DNA of 48,049 nt, taken from assembly GCA_000934665.2 (NCBI GenBank), contig KZ538776.1:1-48049 (forward strand). Direction: 5' to 3'. A program made the translations under genes and the position numbers. The notes below the pieces were generated by a model. It was not told the DNA's origin, did not search any database, and saw only the letters and a program-made list of their open reading frames with translations. Shown one piece after another: positions 12,201 through 22,496 of the stretch (within the stretch, counting starts at the first letter, position 1; the number at the start of each line of letters is the position of its first letter). The DNA is from Catajapyx aquilonaris (lineage: Eukaryota).

Positions 12201-15200
12201 CTCGTTTTGTGGGCCCTTGTAGACCAGATTCATTGTGGGACATTAAAACCTCAGTGCCATTAAAAGCATGGTCAAGGCAACGACCACAAATTGAACCAGT
12301 TCAGCCCAAGAGACAAAAGTTGTACACTGTGCAAGATGGACAAATTATCTCAGTTGACAAAGTGACAGAGACACATGTACCCAAAAGTACAGCTCAAAGT
12401 ACATGGTTTGTAGGTACAAGCGACATCAGGCCAGAAGCTTGTGACCAGCTCAGTGTGGAGGATATCAGGAAGATTTCACATTTCTCAAATTATGATCCAG
12501 GAGTGCCATCCAATGTGCTGTATGTTAAGAACTTAGCCAAACATGTGACTGAAAGTGACCTTGTAACAATGTTCAGTGAGTCTGAAAAAGCAGGAAGGCC
12601 AACGTTGAAGTATCGCTTGTTAAAAGGACGAATGAAAGGACAAGCTTTTGTTACCTTTCCAGGTAAGCCCTGTTTCTTAATATTATGAATATGACCAAAT
12701 ATTTCGAAAAATTATTCTGCTAAACAGAATCTCAATATGTCTTAGTAATTCAGGCTGAAAAGCTGGCCGTAGGGATATTACTTTTTTGGCTTTTTCACGT
12801 GACACACATTAAGACGTACCCAGTTCTACCCTTAAGAAGGATGTCACTTTGGCAAGGAAGTTTTTACCTTCTTCCTGTCTGCCTTACAAAATATTATAAT
12901 ACAAGGGTTGGATTTTAAATAGTGGCAACACTGCGATAAGTTTCAAAAGAAAGCTTGAATTAACAAATTTGTTATATACATTCCTTCAAGGTAGTTGTCC
13001 CCGCACTCCATGACCCCTTTCCAGACATGTGGGAGGCATTGGATGCCTTCAGCAGAGTGATGTTTGTTGATATCTGCAGTCACCCGCCCTGAAAGCGTGT
13101 ACTATCACTTCAATTCTCTGGATACGTTGCCCTGCACTGATTCCTTCATTTTTGCGAACAAAATAATCAAAATCGCAAGGGATCATGCCTGCAGAGTAGG
13201 GAGGGTGCTGCAGTGTTTCCCATTGCCAACGAAGCAATAATTATCTCACTGCAGATGCGACATGGCAACGCGATAGGGCAACGCTAAAGGGCTGGTCATG
13301 GTGCTGGTGGTCAGGAAGTGTGGTCGATTGCGTTGTTTCGCTGGTCTCATATGGTGTTCCAAGACCGAAGCAGTAGTGGTGGAGTGGATAGGGTGTCCGA
13401 CTGCTAATCGGGAGGTCCTGGGTTCGAATCCCGGAGGCCGGCGACCCTGACCATGGTTTTCTGTGGTTTCCCATGGTCCTGGCAGGATAATTCCAGGGTC
13501 GTTACCGTAATATAGGCCACAGCCGCTTCCTTCCTTCCCTTTCCCTGCTTCATTTCGATCATGAGAAAATAGTACAAAATGGAAGAGTTCCAGACAAAAA
13601 AATTGGGAGAAATCCCCCCCTAGGAAGGCCCGTAGGCTGATAATGGGGTATCAAATTATTATATGGTGTTCCAAGTCGTGGTAGTACTGGGCATTGCCAT
13701 GGCCTCTCGCCACCTCGATCTTCAACCAAAAGTGATGTTCTAACTTCGATGCCACGGCTTAGGGCGGTGCACGAGGATGCGGCCCCTTTGAACTACCCTG
13801 TCACCATCACCAGTAGCACAGCTGGGTCCAAACTAGACATGAACAAGACCCACATCTGTCTGGATCTCCCTTCTTGCGCAGAAGCCACAACCCCGTTTCT
13901 GTGCGCAAGGGGAACAGGGTTGCCACTATTTAAAATCCAACCCTCGTAATTATAATAATTCATACCCCATTATCAGCCATCGGCTCTTTAGGGGGGAAGT
14001 TCGTTTTGCCTGGAACGCTTTGCTTTCATTTTACTGCGCTCTTTGGGATAGGATAGGGATGGAAGGAAGCGGCTGTGGCCTATTAATTACAGAAACAACT
14101 CCGGAATTTTCCTGGAAGGACCGTGGGAAACCACAGAAAACCACGGTCAGAGTTGCCGGCCCCGGGGATTTGATCTCAGGACCTCCCGATTAGCAGTCAG
14201 ACACCATATCCCCTCCTCCAAACTGCTTCGGTCCCTCGTAATTATAATGATTTGGGTAGGGAGGACCTCTTGTGATGTATTACACAGGCCTTAATTTTTG
14301 TGTTATACTGTATGATCAGTACATCTAGGCCCTTTTTACATCGAAATGCCCTGGTCCACTGGCATATGGGTGGGGGGTTCCCAAGGGAGGGTAGGCTACT
14401 GTAAATGCACGGTGATTCACTAGGTAGTTGATCAGAATTTAGCTTCCTAATCTGCACATAATGCAAGCAAAGACAGTCTATTTTGTTTTACACTTGCCAT
14501 GTTTGATGTGAAAGACAAAGACATTTGACAATTTGGAGTGGTGCGTTAGGTTGTGTCTGGACTCTAGAGGTCAGTGGTGGCCACTTTCAGCACCTACTGT
14601 GATGTCACCTTTCACATCATACATGGAATGTTTAAAACAAAATATAATGTCTTTGCTTGCTTTCTGTGTGGGTTAGGAAGCTATATTCGGGTCAACTACT
14701 TAGTGAATTAGCCTGTTTTTCGTGTCATTTTGGACTGTCCTTAGCACGGGACCTTTTCTCCTGGCCCTGGGCAGGAAAAGGAATGCTAATCTGCCTGGAC
14801 ATGTTGGGTGAAAAGCAGGAAAAGACCCAACCAAACGAAGGTGACAGGATTTTTTTCCTTCTACCTCCCGCTTGGCTGGCCAGTGCAGTGGCATGACCTC
14901 TAGAATACTGTGCCCCTTGCTTTAAAAAATATATCCAAGTTTCAAGTTTTGTTTTCTTTGCGCTTAAAACTAGTTCCAACATTCTGTTCAGCAAAAGAGA
15001 GCTGCTAGGGACAAATTTTATATGAGGGCATGCTGATAATTTTTGCCTCCATGGACATAGAATCATTAGAATGTGTAATACATGTCACATGACAATGCAG
15101 GTAACATCAAATGAAAGCCTGAAATGTCTTCTTCAGTACCATACATTAAATTTTCTACATAATCACCACCAACAGCAATACACCTACGCCAACTATGTAG

Positions 15201-18200
15201 TAGTTATTTCTTCCCACCAGCATAGAACTCTTGACTGTGCCAGTGGCACCAAGTGCGAACAGCAGCCTCAACTTATGCAATGGAGCTGTACCAATTGCCC
15301 TTCAGGTGTGTCTTCATTTTTGGAGAAAGACAGAAGTTGCAGGGCACAAGTTCTGGGCCCTATACACCAGATGAGGAAGAACAGGGAATTTGAGTCTCTG
15401 GAGGGCATCTGCAATGTGATTGCTTGTGTGTGGTCGAACATTATCATGGTGAAGAATGACTTCCTTTCCTGGGTGCATCCTGTTCACTTGTACCCAATAC
15501 CTCAGCAGAGTGTCCACATGCACCTCAGAATTCACAGTTTTGTAACCGGTCAGGTTCTCGACATGCATGACATCTTCTCCAGAGACTCAAATTCCCTGCA
15601 CTTCCTCATCTGGCGTACAGCCCAGATCATGTGCCCTGCGACTTATTTCTTTTCTCAAAAATCGAGGCACACCTGATGAAAGGCAATCGGTACAGCTCCA
15701 ATGCAGAAGTTGAGGCTGCTGTTTGTGCTTGGTGCCTCTCCCACAGCTCAGAGTTCTATGTAGATGGAAGGGAAAAACAAGTACCATCAGAAGGGGATAC
15801 TTTACACAGCCAGGGTAACTTTACACAAATCAGGGGAAAATATTAGGTTTCGTGGTGGGTGACATCATGATTCCACAGGAAGCAAGGGATTGCTGCTGTT
15901 GTTTGACCACTGACCAGTGCATGTGCGGAGCTACTAGCCAAATCTGGAAGTCATTGAGTGACCCTGCGACTGTCTGTTGCGGGGACTAGTACATTAGGCA
16001 GCATTTTGTGGCACTTCTTAGCATCTGCAAACTTCGTAGTGCACCCTCGTCATGTGGGATGCAAATGTTCCCAGATTCAAATATGATGTCCCCTGAAGGG
16101 TTGTTATCTACATTATATGGGTATGAAGTAGTTTTTCAAAATATATATGTTAAAATTCAGTGTTATGCTGACAAGGGTCATTTTACTTAGGCAATCAGGG
16201 GCAACTTTACACAAAGCATTCCAAGAGTCCAACCCTTCTGGTGCCACTTTTGAATGAAAATTATGAGTAACAGTAATGATTGACTGTGAAAATGATCATG
16301 ATCGTGATTTGGTGCAGGGAAAATGGGTTGTGGTGGAATTATCTGGTAAAAATTCACTGGTCTACTATAAGCCTAGGTGCTGCTGGTGTGAGCTCTCCCG
16401 GCTCACCCATTGATGTCATAGGTAGGTTGAAATAAAAAATGCCTTATTCTTTTGTGTGGTCAAACGTGTAGGACATTTTCTTTTTAACCCCATGATAGGG
16501 CTGAGCCCTTATAGGGGGTGGCACACCACCATCAGTTTTCTAGAGTGTAAGTTTTTTTCTTCAGACTCTGGTGCAAGGAATCAAGGACATTGGGTAAGGA
16601 TGGGGCTTCTTGGGAAGGGTACACGGGTGCAAGTGCATTGTCTCAAACTGGGCCACGTGCAGTCCCCCTGGAGGTTAGGTTGCCACCTCCAAGGCGCGGG
16701 TCAGAGACCCTCCTGACGCAGGTGAAAGGGAACTCCCAGGTGGGGATTGAACCTGGGACCTTTCACTCAGCAAGCCAAGACGTTACCATCTCGGCCACCA
16801 CACCTCCCCATGTGTAGGACATTTCGGAAGTAGAAAAGAGCTAAGATGTTAGAATTCTTGTTGATCTGACAGAGTTGTGCAGGTGTGACACAACATTTAA
16901 AGAAGCCTCTGTGAAGTGTCTGTTTGGTTTTCCACATTATGCTGCCGCTATTTGAGGAATTTTTTATTAATAGTGCTTCACTGTGTTACCTGGTGCTATG
17001 TGTTTGTTTTTATACCAGTACCAGTATTTATTTGTAATTATACTAGTGCCTGTATCTCACACTTTAGTGGTTCATGTTCAGGTAAAGAGTATTCTTAAAA
17101 TTAGTGTAGCCACTGCATTTGTAGTCTCATTCCTCCTGCTTTCTTATGGGGGGCATTTTTTGTTGTAATGGCATTTTAGGTTGAAATGGCAAGCTTGTGT
17201 AAAGTTGTCCCAAAACCTGGGTAACTTTACACAGCAGCTTTTTATTTTTTATATTTATTAGTAAAATCTACTACATGCTTAACCCCTTCGGCCCCAGATC
17301 GGCCCGAACCACACAGTTTTTGGCTTACGCGTACTCCGAAGATAAGGACAAGATATTTTGCAAATAATAACAGCTATACTTACGAGATCTGGGAAAACCC
17401 TATGAATGTGTCTGGAACCATTTTACTCGTCTAGCAGTCCCTAAATTAATTTCCAAAAAAGGGCTATAATAACTCGAAATTGGACTACTGCCGCCCAACT
17501 TTTAGGCTGATTGAATTACGAAATGCGTGAAAATATGCGGAATAACAACTTTGAGAACCATACCAGAGGAATTTGCTGAAATCGTCGTACTTTGCGAGAA
17601 ATAAATTAATATTTATTTGCGGCTTTCTAGCACTTAGGAAAACTCCTAAATGAGTATGAGAAGAATTTTCTGAAATCGTCGTACTTCATGGGAAACAAAT
17701 AAATGTGGGAGTTTTCCGAAGTTTTCCGAAGGGCCAGAAAGCCGCAAATAAGTATTAATTTATTTCTCGCAAAGCACGACGATTTCAGCAAATTCCTCTG
17801 GCATGGTTCTCAAGGTTGTTATTCCGCATATTTTCACGCATTTCATAATTCAATCAGCCTAAAAGTTGGGCGGCAGTAGTCCAATTTCGAGTTATTATAG
17901 CCCTTTTTTGGAAATTAATTTAGGGACTTCTAGACGAGTAAAATGGTTCCAGACACATTCATAGGGTTTTCCCAGATCTCGTAAGTATAGCTGTTATTAT
18001 TTGTAAAATATCTTGTCCGTATCTTCGGAGTACGCGTAAGCTAAAAACTGTGGTTCGGGCCGATCTGGGGCCGAAGGGGTTAATCCTGCATCGCATAAAT
18101 ATGTAGGTTGTCTGCATGCAATGGTTTCGAAATCTCACATTCACATAATATGCAGTTAATAGGGAGCCAAACAAAACTGTGTAAAATATCCCCTTCTGAC

Positions 18201-19191
18201 GGTACATCATTTGTGCAAGTGTACTGCTGTTTAGTGGTGATTATGGAGAAAATTGCAGTAAAACTTTTATAAGTCGAATCTCCATGGGACCGGAAAAAAC
18301 TTCAAGTTATAGAAGATTTGAGTTTGAGAAGTTTGGATTTTTTAAAGCACAGAATTCTATAAGGAAGCCTGCCTTTATATCCAGCGACGAAAGGTGTTCA
18401 AAACTTAAAAATAACTGTCACTATCACACTTACAATGTTCCTCGTTGTTTTGTTGTAAAAAAAATCTCTGTTTGGACATTTGCTTATACTCTTAGATTCA
18501 AGGATTTAATTGTCACAATCGATTCGAACACTTCTTTCAATGCGTCTGGTTGATGGAGATCACGAAAATGAGCCTTTCTGTGCATGTTGCCTAATACTCT
18601 CAACCCTTTGGCTGGGAAATGAGAAAATTTTCCATACTCGTCAACATGAACTTCGACTTGGGGAGACCGAAAATGCATTGATATCCCATCGTAAGGCCCT
18701 GCCAGCACTTCGAGTTATAGAAATTCAAGTTAGGGAAGTTCGACTTACAGAAGTTTTACTGTATATGGTTTTGAAGAGGACATTTCAGGCTTTCATTTGA
18801 TGTTACCTGGATTGTCCTGTGACATGTTCTGTATTACACATTCTATGTCCATGAAGGCAAAAATTATCAGCATACCCTCGTAGATTTTCTTGTAAAGGTT
18901 AGGGCGTAATGATTTCACACACATGACTCCAGTGTCAACATTTTTGAAAGCACATTGCAAGCCTGTTCCACATTATGAAAAACAATTTTCAAATATCCAA
19001 ATTTACTACTGAGAAAATTGTGACATGTCTGAAATAAGGCATTACTAGGAGCAATTTTGTACATGCCATAATGCAAAATATTTTTACTTTCAGACATTTC
19101 TGAAGCTGAGGCAGCATTGAAGAAAGTAAATGGTTGCATTTGGAAAGGAAAACCCATTGTTATTGAGTTTGGAAAGTCTAGATATGCCTAG
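9288..19191 (+). CDS. RBM41: RNA-binding protein 41-like (RRM; paralogue of U11/U12-65K/RNPC3), 423 aa: join(9288..9442,10175..10682,12152..12662,19094..19191)
   Basis: Recognisable RBM41 blocks: ETEIDRQVRDLLSKQQDT, GTLSLTQF, LKSCGLTDDEV, ITRHELDLELSL, LSVEDIRKISHFSNYDPGVPSNVLYVKNL, YRLLKGRMKGQAFVTFP, ALKKVNGCIWKGKPIVIEFGK. GT-AG junctions with phases 2,0,1; total 1272 nt. Confidence 0.92.
11260..11705. mobile_element. Tc1/mariner-type MITE
   Basis: TA-CAGGTGAAGGGAAACTCG ... GAGTTCCCTCCACCCTG-TA with ~115-bp TIRs; second copy at 21299-21747 is inverted. Confidence 0.85.
12900..13948 (-). mobile_element. Deleted mariner element with transposase remnant
   Basis: TIR TA-CAAGGGTTGGATTTTAAATAGTGGCAAC / GTTGCCACTATTTAAAATCCAACCCTCG-TA. 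WETLQHPPYSAGMIPCDF matches the mariner HPPYSPDLAPCDF motif. Confidence 0.9.
13364..13660 (+). mobile_element. tRNA(Ser-GCT-like)-derived SINE family A nested in the mariner
   Basis: A/B boxes (GGTTCGAATCC) and 15-bp TSD ATATGGTGTTCCAAG (13349-13363/13661-13675). Confidence 0.9.
13957..14232 (-). mobile_element. SINE family A
   Basis: Reverse copy with 16-bp TSD CCCTCGTAATTATAAT (13941-13956/14233-14248). Confidence 0.9.
14408..14716. mobile_element. Degenerate MITE
   Basis: ~70-bp imperfect inverted repeats GATTCACTAGGTAGTTGATCAGAAT..GCAAAGACA / TGTCTTTGC..GTCAACTACTTAGTGAATT. Confidence 0.55.
15205..15790. mobile_element. mariner transposase C-terminal remnants in inverted duplication
   Basis: Minus strand: ILHHDNVRPHTS..LKFPVLPHLVY. 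Plus strand: PCDLFLFSKIEAHLMKGNRYSSNAEVEAAVCAW..EFYVDG. Confidence 0.75.
16479..16811 (-). mobile_element. SINE family B
   Basis: Same head and body as 4206-4552; TSD GTGTAGGACATTT (16466-16478/16812-16824). Confidence 0.9.
17279..18083. mobile_element. piggyBac-like foldback MITE
   Basis: TTAA-CCCCTTCGGCCCCAGATCGG ... CCGATCTGGGGCCGAAGGGG-TTAA with ~350-bp near-perfect arms. Confidence 0.9.
18256..18761. mobile_element. Tigger/pogo-like MITE
   Basis: CAGTAAAACTT.TATAAGTCGAA ... TTCGACTTACAGAAGTTTTACTG-TA, with repeated TTC(A/G)AGTTATAGA subterminal motifs. Confidence 0.75.
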
Positions 19192-19760
19192 CGTCCTATA
19201 TGGGTCATTCCGAATCAAGTAGGCCGAAATGTTGCTAGACCATCTCGGAATTTGCTAAAAAATATCACCGCTGTACATGACTATGCCATAACACGTCATG
19301 TCAAGTTTCAGCCAAATTACGCAATACCGTTGGGAGGGGAAAAAATCGCGAAATTGAGGAAAATACTGAAAATGAGACCTTTTTGGAGAAATTTTTCGGT
19401 TAGTGGAAGTGGTCAAACCCCAATAAACATATACGTCAAATGAAAGAGGATCACGAAGGGAATGCGTTGATGGAATTAGTTTTCCCCTAAAGTGTAACCA
19501 GAAACATGTGCGTGACATTCCATTGGTCACTGCTTAGTCACATGTCCAGGAATTTTGAATTTTTCTGGTTACATTTTAGAGGAGAACTAATTCCATCTTT
19601 ATGTTAGTTCTTTATTTGCTCATAAAAAGAAAAACATTTTAAAAATTTAACAAAAAATAATTCAGGCATATCTGGGTTAATAAATCTTTTAATGAGACTT
19701 CAGCTTTCAAGTTACAATTCGAGTGTTTCAATCTCTTCTTGAATAATCATGTTTCATTTG

Positions 19761-20275
19761 TTAAGGGGGCGCATGAGTAAAAATACAGTAGGCGCATTTT
19801 TGAGGGAATTTTATTTTTTGTGGCGAAACAGACGGTTAATTGGAAAAATCACGCCGAAGGGGCCCTGCGGAAAGGTTTGGCCTTTACTATGGTACCATAC
19901 TCGATATGATTGCCTTAAAATTGTGGACATACGGGCACCGAAGCGTTCCCGAATTTGTCGCGTTCCTGCCGCCATGTTATTCAAATGGGCTTTTTGGGAA
20001 CGCCATTTTCCTTTCACTTCAACTCGATGAAAAGGTCACTTCTAGGCCGAAAATGGTAAAATGACGCTGAAGGTGCCCTGCGCCAGAGCATGTCATATTT
20101 TTTGGTGTAATTTTTGTGTCCATTGCTCCATTTTAGTGGCCGTACGGCCGCAGAAGCGTGGACATGTCGAATCCCCATGTGCTGTCCATGCAAACGCGAG
20201 TTTGTTTACGTAGTCGCCAAGGGCTCACATTGTTACCGATTGTTACCGTATTTTTTTACTAATGCGCCCCCTTAA
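19761..20275. mobile_element. Non-autonomous DNA transposon with TTAA flanks (Kolobok- or Harbinger-type ends)
   Basis: TTAA-GGGGGCGCATGAGTAAAAATAC ... GTATTTTTTTACTAATGCGCCCCC-TTAA. Confidence 0.75.
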
Positions 20276-20927
20276 ATTCTAATCTAGGCTATTTTAATGT
20301 TCCCACTTGTACCGAAAAGAAATAAATTCTACATGTTAGAATTGGAAATTATTTTTAAAATTGAGGACGGAGCTGTGCTGATAAATGCTACATTTTTTTA
20401 AAGTTCAAAGGTTTCACAGATAATATGAATTCCCACCTTCTTGACCTTCAAGTCTGAATATGCATGTTTTTTACACTTTGCAGAGCTTTCTCATAGATGG
20501 CAACTAAAAAAAACATTAAACATTAATTAAAACATTTATTAATTACATTTATTCAAACATTAAACATTAAAGCAGAAAAATATAAGAAAGTTGCCTTTTG
20601 TCATCTGTAGTGTACCTACTCTTTGTCGAAATTGTAGTCCAAGAGCAACATTTTGAAATAAATTCAGCATTATTGTCATTAATTCTTATTTTAGACACTG
20701 CCCTGAATTTGTTTTCAAGATGGTAATGGCATGTTTAGTAATTGCCTTTTTTGCTATAGGTATTTGCTATCAGTGGGGTTTTATCTACATTTTATCTTTG
20801 AAGAAAATGTCAAAGGGAAATTATGACTTCATTCCAAAAGGCGGAACGATCAGGTGGAAAAGTTGGAAGATTGAAAAAAACTGATGGCGAGGAGTGCGGA
20901 AGACAGGACATACAAAAATCGAGGTGC

Positions 20928-20972
20928 TGGGGGGGGGGGGGGGGGAAGGNAGGAAGGAAGGAAGGAAGGAAG
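20928..20972. repeat. poly-G plus (GGAA)n microsatellite
   Basis: Directly visible; contains one N at 20950. Confidence 0.9.
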
Positions 20973-21298
20973 GCTCCCTGACATTGCACCACATACAGTC
21001 ATCCCCTTAATCAAAGTGAAGATTGCGACCCAATAAGAACACACTTGGAGAGCGGTGACGCAAATTTGCCAACAAACGAGTGATTTTAATCAGCGTAAGA
21101 TAATTGAGATAGTATGCAGGGGTGTCTATCAGACAAATCTCTCAATAATGGGAATAACGGATAGAAATAGATAATTCATGTTCACTCCTAGCCAAGAGGA
21201 GGTGTGAACATGAACGTGGCCTAGATACCAAACTGTTTGTTTTTGTTGATATCTGAACAAGTGTAATATTAATAAATTAAACGTATCATAGGTATGTA

Positions 21299-21747
21299 TA
21301 CAAGGTGAAGGGAAAGTCGTGGACAATTGCCAGGTAGACTGATAGTACTCATAAAACTAATATTGGGATGTGCAATTAGTTTGGACGCCATTGAATAGTT
21401 AATGCATTTATAAGCGTCAAAGTTTTGTTATGTCACATCTGTTCCGCCAGCTTCAAGGAAGCGAAAGTCAGCTCGATGGCCTCCGAATAATCCGGCCTTG
21501 GGTCCGTAACACATCGTCCATGTGCAATAGGTGATCAAATCCTGTCAGAGTAATAATCGGGGTGCGACACCCGGGTACTTTGTCATTTTTACTTCATATT
21601 TTACCATCCAGCCTTCTACACTTTAAAGGTGCTGTATGCATTAACTACACAACGGCGCCCAAAACTAATCCTACACGTCCCTACATTAGTTTTGCGAGTA
21701 CTATCAGTCTACCTGGCTATTGTCCACTAGTTTCCTTTCACCCTGTA
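21299..21747. mobile_element. Tc1/mariner-type MITE (same family as 11260-11705)
   Basis: TA-CAAGGTGAAGGGAAAGTCGTGGACA ... TTTCACCCTG-TA; internal block is the reverse complement of the first copy. Confidence 0.85.
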
Positions 21748-22299
21748 TATGTATGTTTAAAAACATGTAAGTAGGGTTCGGATTTTTCATGGGTTTCAAT
21801 CCTCAGGAGGAGGGGATGGCCTTGGGGCCAATTATTGCAGGTAATTTGGGGCCAACTGCATGTTATTGTCTCGATAAAGTCGAAACTCATTCTTTCATGT
21901 CACATATTACACTCTGTATCATATACAGTAGTATGAATAATTAACCTAATGATAAGAATGACCCTTTATCCTAATTACTTACATCATTGACACTTGCACT
22001 TGATAACTACTGTCATGATCTAAGACGTTATATAACAAGGGCCTGGCCTACAACTGATGTATGTCATAGCATCCTTAGTACTTCAAAATATTTTTGTTAA
22101 AATATGCAGATTCTGAATGTGTGGCTGCAACTGACCACATATTTGGATGAATCAGTGATTTCTCTCTGATTTTTAGGCCAAATTTGCCAAAATAGAGAAC
22201 CCTGCCTTTAAACCTTTGGTAGATTTAATTTAATTAATTAAATTTATTTGGGTTTATCTTTTGATGCAGAAATAGACAATTGCAGATGATATGAAGTAT

Positions 22300-22496
22300 T
22301 TGTCTTGATAAAACTTACACTCTGGATGGTATAGTTTGAATTATGAGTCCATTGATGAGAATGACCTTTATCCTGTTGACTTCTATCATTGACACTCAGG
22401 ATAACTGCTATCATAACCTTGAAAGTTATATAATAAGAACTAGGTCTACTGCTGATTTATGTCATAGCATCCTCAGTCCTGCATGAGACACTCACC
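22300..22496 (+). promoter_or_regulatory. Esterase proximal promoter (GATA sites, TATATAA 22427-22433)
   Basis: TGATAA/GATAA motifs, AATGACCTTTATC, TATATAA, and TCAGT at 22473, directly upstream of ACCATG at 22497. A diverged second copy lies at ~21865-22080. Confidence 0.55.

Noticed and set aside
13364..13440. tRNA-Ser(GCT)-like sequence as a real tRNA gene (also tRNA-like heads near 1790, 4520, 16780, 30230 and 36100)
   Set aside because: No proper acceptor stem or Ser variable arm. Each continues into a shared body, and most have tails and TSDs, so they are SINE heads.
15071..15676. Longest ORF in the track (201 aa)
   Set aside because: Largely antisense to a mariner transposase remnant, with no recognisable domain.
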